In this document: one piece after another, positions 19,691-29,325 of the stretch | Layout: every line of letters begins with the position of its first letter | How positions within the stretch are numbered: position 1 is the stretch's first letter | IMG/VR virus record: IMGVR_UViG_3300032236_000443 | Location: 34,100-98,099 of that record | Reading direction: 5' to 3' (one strand) | From: a virus | DNA length: 64,000 nt | Program-made: the position numbers and the translations under genes | Notes under the pieces: generated by a model | The model's input: only the letters and a program-made list of their open reading frames with translations | Told to the model about the DNA's origin: nothing | The model's database searches: none

Positions 19691-21274
19691 CTAGAAAAAA
19701 GGATTTGAGGATGCCAGAACTTCAGGCATTACCAAAGATTCTGTCAAAGAACAGGCGATTGATAAAGAGTCCACAAAGTCATCGTGGGCATAGGCTTCAT
19801 CAGGGGCGGCTACAAGAAAGTTAGGTCCCTTGAACTGAACTTCTGCATCCGTCATCTGTTGGTAGAAGCGCTTCCAAGTACGAAGTCTGCGGGTTTTTGC
19901 ATGTGCAGGCCAAGAAATCATTTCTCGTTGAATCAAGGCTTGCAAGTGCTTCCAACGCTTTGACTGTTCGGAAGGAGAAGATGTCAATGAGGATACTTCT
20001 GCTCTAGGCATAAGTAACTTTAGACGTTGCGCTACTGCGTCTCCAACACCGTTGGCATCCACTCCGATGGCAAGAACATCATAGTTCTCCAAGAAGTTAA
20101 CAATTTGAAAGTATTGTTCTTCCCAATCGTCTCCCTGCAATTCCATCCAATTCAAGATGCGGTGTTCAAAGTAGCCAAACTCATCAGGTCGGTCCCAGTC
20201 AACCCACACAACTGTGACAACTGTTGAGTCAGTTTTACGTGCTGGGTCAATACCTACAACAACTGGTGTCTTGTGCCAAGACTTAACTAACTCAGAAGAT
20301 GTATCTCCTAGTTTGTCCATAACGCTTGAGGTTACAAACATACCTCTCTCAAGCAACCACTTGCAGTTATACGACATTTGGAACTCATCAGAGTCTTCAC
20401 CGATGCGAAGCATCTCTCTTTTAATGTGAGTTGCGTAGTTAGGGTTAATCTTTGCAACTTCTTTCCAGTCCCATTGGAAGTGATTTTGCCTAGAACTCTT
20501 ACCTGTTTGACGACGCTTGTTTAACTGAATAGCCTTATAGAAGTTGTTCTTAGAAGTAGTAGGTGTGCCAGTTTTAACCATAGTACCTGCGTAGTACGCA
20601 AGCATTGGAGAGATTGATTTAGAGACGGTAAAGTCATCGGCTTCTTGACACTCATCAATAACAATCAAATGGAATGACTTAGATTCAATCTTTGCACGAG
20701 GGTTAGCAGTCATCATCGTGATTGTTGAACCAGACTTCTTTAACTTAATCTGACGAGTAACGCCGCCTACACGAGCAGCAGCATCATCAATTTCTGGGTC
20801 ACCCATAATCTCGATAGCACGCTCAGAGGTAAGTCGGGTTACAGCACGACCAAAGAGTGTTTCTACCTGTCCTTCTGTAGGTGCAAATAGTCCTACCCAC
20901 AAACCATCTTTAAACTTGCCAAGTAGGTCTGGGTACAGTTTTGCAAGGCGTGGAAGAAGAACCATAAGTGTGGCTACTACGTCAGCAACAGTTTCTGACT
21001 TACCTGACTGACGTGCGGCAAGGGCTGTGATTTCTTCGCCATCGTTAATGATTACTGACTCAATGATGCGACGTGCTAATGGCTTTTGGTATGGGTGCAG
21101 GTCATGGCCTACAAGGACCTTTAAGAAGTCCATAATTTTGTCTACAAGTTTTTCAACAAACTGTTGAGACAGTTCGTCTAGTTCTTCAACTTTTTCTTCG
21201 GGTGCAGGCTCTTCATCCTGAAGGTAAAACTCAGGATTGATTTCTTCAAACTTCTCGTCGTCGTAACTATTCAT
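19691..21274 (-). CDS. terL: terminase large subunit
   Basis: Walker A ARQSGKS, Walker B LIVIDE, GTP coupling motif, nuclease VGIDPA and HDDFVDS. Confidence 0.93.
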   Translation of the reverse strand: MNSYDDEKFEEINPEFYLQDEEPAPEEKVEELDELSQQFVEKLVDKIMDFLKVLVGHDLHPYQKPLARRIIESVIINDGEEITALAARQSGKSETVADVVATLMVLLPRLAKLYPDLLGKFKDGLWVGLFAPTEGQVETLFGRAVTRLTSERAIEIMGDPEIDDAAARVGGVTRQIKLKKSGSTITMMTANPRAKIESKSFHLIVIDECQEADDFTVSKSISPMLAYYAGTMVKTGTPTTSKNNFYKAIQLNKRRQTGKSSRQNHFQWDWKEVAKINPNYATHIKREMLRIGEDSDEFQMSYNCKWLLERGMFVTSSVMDKLGDTSSELVKSWHKTPVVVGIDPARKTDSTVVTVVWVDWDRPDEFGYFEHRILNWMELQGDDWEEQYFQIVNFLENYDVLAIGVDANGVGDAVAQRLKLLMPRAEVSSLTSSPSEQSKRWKHLQALIQREMISWPAHAKTRRLRTWKRFYQQMTDAEVQFKGPNFLVAAPDEAYAHDDFVDSLSIACSLTESLVMPEVLASSNPFF

Positions 21275-21355
21275 TTCACTCCGTAAATAGCGAGACCCAC
21301 TTGCGTGGGCCTTCGCCTGACCAAGAGAGAGGTAAAGCAAGTAAATGGTAACACA

Positions 21356-21589
21356 TTAGTTGCGTCGTCTCAACTCTTTAGCAATGGCATGGAATGCTTC
21401 TGCACCCATAACTACTTCGTCTAATAAGACGTCACTCGGATTCTTTTGCCAAGCGGTAATACACTTGCCAATCGTGTACATCGAGTGCTCCATCCACTGA
21501 ATCAAGTCGGGAGTAGAAATCTTCGCTACTCTCTTCTCTATCCGAGTCTGGGGCTGGTGTCCATCCTGCTTCTTCCGTAAAATCGTCAT
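21356..21589 (-). CDS. hypothetical helical protein
   Basis: 77-aa ORF overlapping the upstream ORF in another frame. Confidence 0.55.
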   Translation of the reverse strand: MTILRKKQDGHQPQTRIEKRVAKISTPDLIQWMEHSMYTIGKCITAWQKNPSDVLLDEVVMGAEAFHAIAKELRRRN

Positions 21590-21827
21590 AAGTAACTTCC
21601 CGTGTTTCTAATGCTCCTGATAGTGCTTCTTCTTCAGTTTTTACGCCAGTCCAACGTCCACACACTAGTGCTTTGTATTTTGGCAGTCTCAGTATAAAGG
21701 GTTTTGCTGTACGGAAGGGTTCTTCAATTTCTTGTGTCCATCCACGAACAGCAACCTTATGGCCCCAATCATAGGGGAATTTAGTAACTTGAACGAATAG
21801 TGGTCCGATGTTGTGTACCTTTGGCAT
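21432..21827 (-). CDS. hypothetical protein
   Basis: 131-aa ORF in operon orientation. Confidence 0.6.
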   Translation of the reverse strand: MPKVHNIGPLFVQVTKFPYDWGHKVAVRGWTQEIEEPFRTAKPFILRLPKYKALVCGRWTGVKTEEEALSGALETREVTYDDFTEEAGWTPAPDSDREESSEDFYSRLDSVDGALDVHDWQVYYRLAKESE

Positions 21828-21828
21828 C

Positions 21829-22560
21829 TTATTGTTTTATCTTCCCTGTTCCTGTTGTACCTTTTCTTAGGCTTACGCCCTTCTGATATGCACGGCTAAT
21901 AGCGTACAACTTCTTACGTGTTCCAGCAGCCATACCAGCAGTATCGGCTACGCCACGAGGCTTGTAATCTAGGAAGTTATAAATGTACTTACCCTTTGAA
22001 ACAACGCCCTTAAAACTACGCCACTCATCTTCGGTAACTTCGTAATAGTTATACCAAGTACCATCTCTAAAGACTACTGTTAAAACGCCTCTCTCAGGGT
22101 CGTAGCCCGCAGCAACTGTGCGTGGGCGCTGAGTATTAGAGGTAGTTGTAGGAACGACTGTAATCTGTGCTGGAGCACTGCTTTCGCCCTCTTGTGGTCC
22201 TTTAAGACCAGGAACAATAAGTTCGCCCGACTCTTCATCTATATCGTAAGACTGACGGTAGATTGACTTATCTACATACTCACCGTTCTTATCGGTGTAA
22301 TAACCTTGCGCCTCATCAGAGACCCAAACATTTGCGCTGGTAGCAAGCGCTTCACCAGCCATGTTCTTATAAGTCTGTGGCTTATAGAACTCGCCAGCAA
22401 TCTCGTTAAGAGACCCAAATTCTCCCATTGCCGCAGCAACTGGGCGTGAACCAATAAGATTCAGTAACTCTTCGCTAGAAGGAAGTACTGGCTTACTGGA
22501 ACGAGAAGACGGTGAAGCCGTTCGTTTCCGACCGACTCCACCGCCTCTTGTACTAGCCAT
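21829..22560 (-). CDS. KTSC-domain protein
   Basis: GYDPERGVLTVVFRDGTWYNYYEV...W..F....SKGKYI KTSC signature. Confidence 0.8.
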   Translation of the reverse strand: MASTRGGGVGRKRTASPSSRSSKPVLPSSEELLNLIGSRPVAAAMGEFGSLNEIAGEFYKPQTYKNMAGEALATSANVWVSDEAQGYYTDKNGEYVDKSIYRQSYDIDEESGELIVPGLKGPQEGESSAPAQITVVPTTTSNTQRPRTVAAGYDPERGVLTVVFRDGTWYNYYEVTEDEWRSFKGVVSKGKYIYNFLDYKPRGVADTAGMAAGTRKKLYAISRAYQKGVSLRKGTTGTGKIKQ

Positions 22561-22565
22561 TTATA

Positions 22566-23216
22566 TTAGGAGGCTGCTGCCCAAGGAGTTGTGGTGACTG
22601 TTACACCGACTGCTACAGATGTTCCTGCTGCAGTTCCTTGTGACTTGATTGTTCCAGCAACACCAACTACTGTGCCTGAAAGACCAGTAAGTGAAAGTGC
22701 TGTTGTGGTTGTTGTAGCAACTGTGAATGTGTTAGTTGCGTTATCAACAACTGTCCAAGTACCGTTTACAGTTGCGTCAACAGATGCGACTGTAACCTTA
22801 GTTCCAATTGCATACGCTGCGCCTGCACCTGAAGCAGTAAGAACTGCAAGGCCGCCTGCTGCACGTGTGACTGCTGTAACTGTCTTAGCAGCGTTAGTTG
22901 CTGCTGTTTGTACTGAGGCAATAAGTGTTGAGTCAAGGAGTGTGTCAGTTGCGTCTGCTGTAAGTTGTCCAAGTACGTTTGGAACCTTTACATAGTCAAC
23001 TCCACCAGACTGTGTGCCTGTTGTGTTAGGTGTGTAAAGAGGATAGCCATTCCAGCCATCTTCTGCAATATTGTGTGAATCCTTGGTGTAATCAAGGTTG
23101 GTTCCACCATTGTCACGGCGAACATCGTTTGGTTGTAGTGGGAAGTTACCCCATACAAAATCAACGACGACGTTTCCTTTGTCATCTACGAGATGACCGT
23201 CTTGATTTGTAGCCAT
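22566..23216 (-). CDS. PASTA-like domain protein with inserted Thr-rich beta domain
   Basis: VKVPNVLGQ...GTIKSQGTAAGTSVAVG are the two halves of a PASTA repeat. Confidence 0.6.
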   Translation of the reverse strand: MATNQDGHLVDDKGNVVVDFVWGNFPLQPNDVRRDNGGTNLDYTKDSHNIAEDGWNGYPLYTPNTTGTQSGGVDYVKVPNVLGQLTADATDTLLDSTLIASVQTAATNAAKTVTAVTRAAGGLAVLTASGAGAAYAIGTKVTVASVDATVNGTWTVVDNATNTFTVATTTTTALSLTGLSGTVVGVAGTIKSQGTAAGTSVAVGVTVTTTPWAAAS

Positions 23217-23309
23217 TTTTCTTCTTTCTCTAGAGAGGTGTTATTTTCCCCATGCGCTTAGGGGAACCCTGGTATGTAGTATCCAAGACTTCTTAAAGAA
23301 TGTCAGGGT

Positions 23310-23540
23310 TTAGTCCTCACACTCATGTTCGTCTAGTTCATTTTCTAAAAGGACTTCTTCACAGTCTCTACACTTAAAGAAACGGACATCATCAAGTCCA
23401 ACGTGCAAAGAATCTGCGTGGTACTCATCTACAGCCATTTCTGGCTGAGCCAAGATTTCTGGGGGAAATGGACCTCTAGGACTATGCGCTACAGAAGGGA
23501 CTGCGTGACCTTGAACTGCAAACTTACGAATTAGAGGCAT
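23310..23540 (-). CDS. small zinc-finger protein
   Basis: CRDC...HEC. Confidence 0.6.
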   Translation of the reverse strand: MPLIRKFAVQGHAVPSVAHSPRGPFPPEILAQPEMAVDEYHADSLHVGLDDVRFFKCRDCEEVLLENELDEHECED

Positions 23541-23841
23541 TTTTTGTTGCGGCCTTCTTTACAGTTTTCTTAGCGGTTGTGGGAGTCGGTGTAGAATCTG
23601 TATCAGGAGCAACATCTTCGGCAACAGGTTCTGCTGCTGGCTCCTCAACGGGAGCAGCCTCTACTACTGGAGAGGTGTAGTTTGAAATAATAGCCTTGTA
23701 AGCGTCTGTTGTAGGAAGAAGTCCTGCATTCTTACGGTCGTTTAGGAATGCTGGAAGGTGCTTATCGCAGTAGAGAATCTCTGTTCCAAGAGTAATTTGA
23801 TAGACATATAGAGCATCCGAGTTGCAGTTAGCGCAATTCAT
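23524..23841 (-). CDS. zinc-finger protein with Pro/Ala/Lys-rich tail
   Basis: CANC...YCDKHLP. Confidence 0.65.
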   Translation of the reverse strand: MNCANCNSDALYVYQITLGTEILYCDKHLPAFLNDRKNAGLLPTTDAYKAIISNYTSPVVEAAPVEEPAAEPVAEDVAPDTDSTPTPTTAKKTVKKAATKNASNS

Positions 23842-24146
23842 TTCTTTTTCCCTTTGTTAGCAGCCTGGATTGCTGCACCCTTTTTCTTAGCGTCAGCCTT
23901 AGAGGATGCACCCCATGCTTGGAGTGATAGAAGTAGGCGAGTAGGTGAGCCATCGGGCTTACGCTCTGGTCCTGGCATATTACCCATACGAGTAAGGAAT
24001 GCGCCACGACGTGGGTTATTACCAGACTTAACTGGTGCCTTTAAATCTGAACCAGGGTGAGCCTTCTCGTAAGACTTGCGACCCTTTTCGTTAAGACCGC
24101 CCTTGGAGTTCTTACCTTCTTTACGCTGCCATGCTTCGCTTGCCAT
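23838..24146 (-). CDS. basic conserved phage protein (DUF6321-like)
   Basis: GGLNEKGRKSY...LKAPV...RRGAFLTRM...SLQAW. Confidence 0.7.
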   Translation of the reverse strand: MASEAWQRKEGKNSKGGLNEKGRKSYEKAHPGSDLKAPVKSGNNPRRGAFLTRMGNMPGPERKPDGSPTRLLLSLQAWGASSKADAKKKGAAIQAANKGKKK

Positions 24147-24370
24147 TACCACATCACCCCGTGACTAAATTGATTTGGATTAAGAATATCTGCGCCACCA
24201 GTCATTGGACCAGGTGTACTCATCTGCGATTCTAACCAATATGCTGGTGGTTGCATCCCAAAGTTACGGACAATTTGTCCTTCTACAACAGTCGCTGAGT
24301 TCATAGCGCCTACTACTCCGTCATTGAAGTTGGAGTATGCTCCATCAGTTCTGTTTAGCGCTACTGGCAT
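24146..24370 (-). CDS. small hypothetical protein
   Basis: Coupled ORF; carries LNPNQF near its C-terminus. Confidence 0.6.
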   Translation of the reverse strand: MPVALNRTDGAYSNFNDGVVGAMNSATVVEGQIVRNFGMQPPAYWLESQMSTPGPMTGGADILNPNQFSHGVMW

Positions 24371-24373
24371 AAA

Positions 24374-25039
24374 CTACTTCTTCTTTTTTTGAGCAGCCTT
24401 TTTAGCAGCCTCACGTGCTGTTGGGGTCTTTGTTGCTTTCTTAGCAGGCATAACTTGTGGCTGGTCTGCGTAGTGAGTAATTTTCTTTGTGACAGGGTCA
24501 CGGTGAGCATACTTCTGAACCTTTGCAGGCGCTTCCGTTGGTGCGGCTGGTGCAGGAGTTTCAGACTTTGCCTGTGGTGCTGAAGGCTTAACTGGAGACT
24601 TTGCAGGCATACCTAAATCAACAGGACCGCCCTTTGGTGCAGATGGAGTCTCTGATTGAGGAACGTTAGGAGAAGAAGGTGAACCCTTTGGTTTACTAGA
24701 CTTACGAGTAAATCCAAGTGACACATCGCCAAACTGTGCGTTAACTGGAGTTCCGCCTTCAGCGTGCTTTAGTACAGAACCAAGAAATTCTTTATGACGA
24801 CCGTGGTCGTTTTGCTTTGCTGCTTCACCAAGTACGTGATTTACAACAGCCATGCGCTCTTCGTGCGAGTTGTTTGTTACAGTCTTCCACTTATCGTGCT
24901 CAAGACTTGCAGAGTGCATACGAGCATTATTAATGCCGCTGAGCATTGAGCCCATGCGACCTCCGCTAGGTGTCAATCCCGAAAGCATTGAAAGGCCTTC
25001 GTTACCGTGGCCTGCTGTTGTACGACTCATCTCTGGCAT
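24374..25039 (-). CDS. Pro/Lys/Ala-rich hypothetical protein
   Basis: Low-complexity basic C-terminus; AGGGA RBS before ATG at 25039. Confidence 0.6.
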   Translation of the reverse strand: MPEMSRTTAGHGNEGLSMLSGLTPSGGRMGSMLSGINNARMHSASLEHDKWKTVTNNSHEERMAVVNHVLGEAAKQNDHGRHKEFLGSVLKHAEGGTPVNAQFGDVSLGFTRKSSKPKGSPSSPNVPQSETPSAPKGGPVDLGMPAKSPVKPSAPQAKSETPAPAAPTEAPAKVQKYAHRDPVTKKITHYADQPQVMPAKKATKTPTAREAAKKAAQKKKK

Positions 25040-25053
25040 AGTCTTATGGTCCC

Positions 25054-25410
25054 TTACTTTGTTTCGTCTGACTCTGTATTCGTCAAGCAATTTTCAATAG
25101 AAATTAGTCTTTCGCCCATCTCTACAAAGGCTTCCATAAGGATTGCTTGATTTGCGTAGAGTTTGTCTACCTTGTCCTTGGTGGTGCTTCCTCCGTTATT
25201 GCTGAGTTCTCCGTCAAGTTTGTTGAGGCGCTCCATAACTCCAGGAACACGGTCACGGCCTGGTTCTGCATCTTCGCCCTCCCAATCACGCATGAAACGT
25301 TCCATCCATGAGGACCAACGCTTTACCTTCTTACGAATAGGGTTGAGGAGAATCCCCAAACTGATGATGGCACCAGTAACGATGCCAAGAGTTGTAAAGA
25401 AAGTTGTCAT
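25054..25410 (-). CDS. single-TM membrane protein (DUF2746/holin-associated-like)
   Basis: N-terminal TM, PGVMERL...NNGGSTTKD. Confidence 0.6.
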   Translation of the reverse strand: MTTFFTTLGIVTGAIISLGILLNPIRKKVKRWSSWMERFMRDWEGEDAEPGRDRVPGVMERLNKLDGELSNNGGSTTKDKVDKLYANQAILMEAFVEMGERLISIENCLTNTESDETK

Positions 25411-25625
25411 TGATTAAACCCAATTACCTTTGTTTTGCACCCATCGGTCCAATATAAACCAGGTTTTCCTGGAATTGGAATTATAGCCTGGGTACAGAAG
25501 CGCACATTATTAAGTGAAGGTGAATATCCTGGAGGGGTAATAGGAATTGCATGAGGTACATAGCCTGGAAAGAAAGGCTTATGGATTGCAACAATAACTG
25601 CCACTACAAGAAGATACTTTTTCAT
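25407..25625 (-). CDS. small secreted/membrane protein
   Basis: MKKYLLVVAVIVAIH signal-like start; two Cys. Confidence 0.5.
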   Translation of the reverse strand: MKKYLLVVAVIVAIHKPFFPGYVPHAIPITPPGYSPSLNNVRFCTQAIIPIPGKPGLYWTDGCKTKVIGFNQ

Positions 25626-25626
25626 T

Positions 25627-25806
25627 TTATTCTTTTGGATTACGTAGTCGAAGTGTAAGAATCCACACAATAAACGACGCAAGAGTTACTTTGCCAATAA
25701 CTGTTTTGGCGCTTCCTGTAAGGACTAGCCATGCTGAGAAAAGACCTACAAAGGTCCAGATTTCGCTAAAGAAATCTTTTGAAACATCTTTAAAGAATTG
25801 CTTCAT
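25627..25806 (-). CDS. 59-aa two-TM membrane protein (not in ORF track)
   Basis: MKQFFKDVSKDFFSEIWTFVGLFSAWLVLTGSAKTVIGKVTLASFIVWILTLRLRNPKE, directly after the PA14 gene. Confidence 0.65.
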   Translation of the reverse strand: MKQFFKDVSKDFFSEIWTFVGLFSAWLVLTGSAKTVIGKVTLASFIVWILTLRLRNPKE

Positions 25807-28134
25807 TTAGTTACCAAACTTTCTACGTACTGCAGCGATGACGGTTGTCAACACTAGGATTTTCTTTGCTTTCTTTCTTGTAACAGGAGACATGTCGTTA
25901 CCGATATTCGCCATAGCGACGAATGCGTGGTTTAATGCCTGTACACCAGGTACTGCTGCAATGGCGCCAGTAACTGGAGTTTCAATAACGGGTACTGCAA
26001 CGTCAGGTGCGTTAAATGTTGTACCGCCTGGTTGTCCGATAAATGTAGCCGCAACAGTGATTGCCTCTGGAGGAATAGGAAGTCCTGAACCTGGAGGTGG
26101 GGCTGGTGGAGTAAGTTTACCGTCTTCTCCAACTACCTGTGGCGCTGACTTTGTTCCAAAGAATTCAATGCCGCCGTTTTCAACTCCAGGCTTATCTACC
26201 TGAACGTGAGCGACTAACGCCTCTGCTGGAGCAACTTTAGGTGTAGTGTCTGATAATTGGTCAGGACTGTTAGATACAAGACCAGGAACTACTACAACAG
26301 GAGGTTGTGATGCAGGAGCAGGTGCGGGTTCTGGTGCAGTCGTTGGAGCAGGCGCAGGAGCGGGTTCAGGCGCTGGCACAGGAGCAGGTTCGGGTTTTGG
26401 GTCTGGTTGCGGCGCAGGTTGCGGGTCTGGTTGAGGTTGTGGGTCTGGCTGAGGTTGAGGCTGAGGTTGTGGGTCAGGAGCAGGTTGAGGTTGTGGGTCT
26501 GGTTCAGGCTGAGGAGCAGATTGAGGTTCTGGAGCCGTGGGCTGATTATCAGTTTGAGCACTCTGGTTGGCAGCCGCCTGAGCAGCGGCATCTGCTGCCG
26601 CCTTATCAGCAGCCGCTTTAGCAGCAGCGGCATCTGCAGCGGCCTTAGCATCTGCGATTGCCTTTGCAGCAGCAGCGTCAGCAGCAGCCTTTTCTGCAAT
26701 AGCGTTTTGAACTGTGGCTACTGCGTTATCTAACGCTTTTGCTGCATCATTTGCGGCTTGCTGTGCAACTGTTGCAGAATCATCTGCAGTAGCAAGGTCT
26801 GCGGTTGCAGTGTCTTGAACAACTTTGAGGACACCTTGTTGAGTGGTGAGGTTTTGCTGAGCAGTGGTGAGGTTTTGTTGGGCAATGGTGAGGTTTTCTT
26901 GTGCAGTAGTGAGGTTTTGCTGAGCATCTGCAACTGCTTGTTGAGCAGGTGGTATAGCCGCAATAGCATCAGCAGCCGCCTGCACTAACGCTGGGTCTTT
27001 AGTAGTAGTTGTTGTACCAAAAGCACTTGCTCCAGGAGTAGTGAAGTAACCTGTACCGTCTGCCCTAAAAATCATCCAACCAAGTGTGCAACTAGCACCA
27101 CCACCATTTTCGTAATACCAAATGATGAAGTCCTGTTGTTTGTCTGTTGTTGTGTTGTAGGTAGGTGAGTACTGACTCCAAGCAGTTCCTTGGTCTCTCC
27201 AATTATTTATTGCAAGAACACCGTCAATGTACATCTTAGAACCATCGTCAGATGAAACAGCGTACTTAACAGACACAGCGTCATTAGGGACAGTAATTGT
27301 TCCCTCGTATTTAACAATGACATGGTCTGATAGTCCAGAGTTAAGAATTTGACCACTTCCCCAGTTAGCGGCAATGTAGGGAAGAGTAAGTACCTCTACT
27401 GGAGTTTGGTTAGCAATTACTGGTGAAGAACCGTTCGTCGCACGATATACCGTTGCGGTTACTCCATTGGTGGTCACAGTCACTGTTGAGGAATCTGCCG
27501 CTGCTTGTGCTGCAGTTGCGGCATTTGTTACATCGCTCAATGTTTGTTGAGTTTGGGCAACTGTAACTGTGGCACCATCAACTGTTGATTGGGAAGAGGC
27601 TACTAATACGACGTTGTCTGAGACAACGGCAGTTGCCGAATCCACGCTAGATTGAGCAATTAGCACCAAAGCGGCTGAAACAGTGGCAGTTTCTAGGGCT
27701 TGTTGAGCAAGTTGAATCTTGGCTGCAGCGTCCTGTACGGCTACGGTAGCGCTATCTACAGCGGCTTGAGCCACGGGAAGTTCTGCAACTTTGGTCTGTA
27801 CATCAGGGATTGCCTGAAGAGTAGCGGTAGAGTTATCAACAGCAGTTTGCACTGTGGCTGTTGCTGTCTCTATCTTGGCTGCAACAGTCTCTAAAGTAAC
27901 GGAGGTAACCGTAGATGTATCAGACGATAAAGATGATTGGTTTGCTAATGGCGTGGCTAGTGATGGGTCTTGCGGTTGTACTACCACTTCTGTCGCTACT
28001 GAAGTAACGTCATCGGCTTGAGCAGTTTGCGCCAACGCTAAAGATAGGCAGAACAAAGCAGTTCCACCTAGACTTGCTTGTGTAATCCGTTTACGAACGT
28101 CAGATTGTGCTGCGAATGTACGCAGTGGTTTCAA
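25807..28134 (-). CDS. exported PA14-domain surface protein with coiled-coil and Pro-Gln stalk
   Basis: Signal peptide (AQA-DD), PA14 motifs SDDGSKMYIDG/NNWRDQG/WYYENGGGA, PQPQPDP repeats, hydrophobic plus basic C-terminus. Confidence 0.8.
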   Translation of the reverse strand: MKPLRTFAAQSDVRKRITQASLGGTALFCLSLALAQTAQADDVTSVATEVVVQPQDPSLATPLANQSSLSSDTSTVTSVTLETVAAKIETATATVQTAVDNSTATLQAIPDVQTKVAELPVAQAAVDSATVAVQDAAAKIQLAQQALETATVSAALVLIAQSSVDSATAVVSDNVVLVASSQSTVDGATVTVAQTQQTLSDVTNAATAAQAAADSSTVTVTTNGVTATVYRATNGSSPVIANQTPVEVLTLPYIAANWGSGQILNSGLSDHVIVKYEGTITVPNDAVSVKYAVSSDDGSKMYIDGVLAINNWRDQGTAWSQYSPTYNTTTDKQQDFIIWYYENGGGASCTLGWMIFRADGTGYFTTPGASAFGTTTTTKDPALVQAAADAIAAIPPAQQAVADAQQNLTTAQENLTIAQQNLTTAQQNLTTQQGVLKVVQDTATADLATADDSATVAQQAANDAAKALDNAVATVQNAIAEKAAADAAAAKAIADAKAAADAAAAKAAADKAAADAAAQAAANQSAQTDNQPTAPEPQSAPQPEPDPQPQPAPDPQPQPQPQPDPQPQPDPQPAPQPDPKPEPAPVPAPEPAPAPAPTTAPEPAPAPASQPPVVVVPGLVSNSPDQLSDTTPKVAPAEALVAHVQVDKPGVENGGIEFFGTKSAPQVVGEDGKLTPPAPPPGSGLPIPPEAITVAATFIGQPGGTTFNAPDVAVPVIETPVTGAIAAVPGVQALNHAFVAMANIGNDMSPVTRKKAKKILVLTTVIAAVRRKFGN

Positions 28135-28185
28135 GTATTCCCCTCGGAATCCTTAGTGCCCCCTCAATGGGTTAATTAAATCAGA

Positions 28186-28401
28186 TTATGCTGGCTTACG
28201 GTTCTTAATTAATTGAGCCTTGCCTGAACCAGTTTGTGAGTTAACGCTTTCACCTTCAACACCTTTACCGTAACCATTCCAAGAAACAATACTTGGTTCT
28301 GCTACAGACTTGTATCCTCTATCTGGTGTGTAGATAAAACCTGTTGATACTTCTGTTCTGTTATTTACTTTTAATACTTTGCGGTTTAGTTGTTTGCTCA
28401 T
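28186..28401 (-). CDS. hypothetical protein
   Basis: Coupled ORF. Confidence 0.55.
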   Translation of the reverse strand: MSKQLNRKVLKVNNRTEVSTGFIYTPDRGYKSVAEPSIVSWNGYGKGVEGESVNSQTGSGKAQLIKNRKPA

Positions 28402-28736
28402 GCGGACATTCCTGACGAAGCAGTTGCTGTACCACCAATACCGCCACCATCAGAAGTTGGTGCTGGCATTGCAGTGTCTGTAACTCCGTTAGTTGCTGCA
28501 CCCATTGATTCATCACCGTGTTGTTCAGCAGTTTCTTGTCCTGGTGTTTCTCCTTGCTCATGGTTAGCAGTGGTCATTCCACCAGTACCCATAGCACCGT
28601 ACATGTAAGGATAGTTTGCCCAGTTTGAGCCAAGACCAACATAGACACCAGAAAGACCACGACGTGCTTTCTTACGTCGCTCTTGCTCTGCTACGTCAGT
28701 TGCAGCAAGGAATTGCTGCGATAGGTTCTCATTCAC
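28398..28736 (-). CDS. disordered hypothetical protein (N-terminal NLSQQF)
   Basis: Gly/Thr/Met-rich low complexity. Confidence 0.6.
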   Translation of the reverse strand: MNENLSQQFLAATDVAEQERRKKARRGLSGVYVGLGSNWANYPYMYGAMGTGGMTTANHEQGETPGQETAEQHGDESMGAATNGVTDTAMPAPTSDGGGIGGTATASSGMSA

Positions 28737-28923
28737 CTGTTTGCCTCTGTCTTGGTTGGTTAAGTTCTAGTTGGGTCATATTGCCGATGTTGTAGTTGCC
28801 AAAGTCTCCGTTAGGACCACCAAAGATTCCATCAGCAACCTTCTCGTTTTGAGGGCGCTGCTGATAGTAGTAGGCAGTGGTTGTCAACGGCACGCTTGTT
28901 AGGGCTTTGTTATCCGTTGGCAT
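28729..28923 (-). CDS. hypothetical protein
   Basis: Coupled ORF starting MPTDNK. Confidence 0.55.
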   Translation of the reverse strand: MPTDNKALTSVPLTTTAYYYQQRPQNEKVADGIFGGPNGDFGNYNIGNMTQLELNQPRQRQTGE

Positions 28924-29113
28924 AATCAAACAATCCTTCTGGGTCATAAACTTCTAAAGAAGTCTTTAATAGTGTGTAGCCAGTTTCCTTTGCGTGATGA
29001 CCGCAAAAGAACAATTCTCCTGTGCGTAGCGTTGCTCGTACCAGGGCTCTTGCGCTGCAACGGTCGCAACGGTCTTCTGCAGTAAGTTCTTTAGGACTGA
29101 CTGCGGTGTTCAT
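28910..29113 (-). CDS. small actinobacterial-type zinc-finger protein
   Basis: LTAEDRCDRCSARA...LFFCGHH. Confidence 0.7.
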   Translation of the reverse strand: MNTAVSPKELTAEDRCDRCSARALVRATLRTGELFFCGHHAKETGYTLLKTSLEVYDPEGLFDYANG

Positions 29114-29283
29114 TATGAACTAAATCCTGGCTTAGCAAGGGGTTGAGAATTGTTAGCAGCAAACTTATTGTCGCTACCAGATGTATCTAACCCTGCTGGA
29201 CCATCGTACTTTGGGTTCTCAGGCATGGCTTGTTTGTTAGCCGTAATGTTTGGCTGACCACCAAACTGTGAGTTAGAAATCAT
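29113..29283 (-). CDS. 56-aa disordered protein (N-terminal ISNSQF; not in ORF track)
   Basis: MISNSQFGGQPNITANKQAMPENPKYDG...; TAGAAT 6 nt upstream of ATG; stop overlaps the next start. Confidence 0.6.
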   Translation of the reverse strand: MISNSQFGGQPNITANKQAMPENPKYDGPAGLDTSGSDNKFAANNSQPLAKPGFSS

Positions 29284-29325
29284 GTGTTTATTCTACTCTC
29301 TCAAAGGATGGTGTATGCTCCAACC

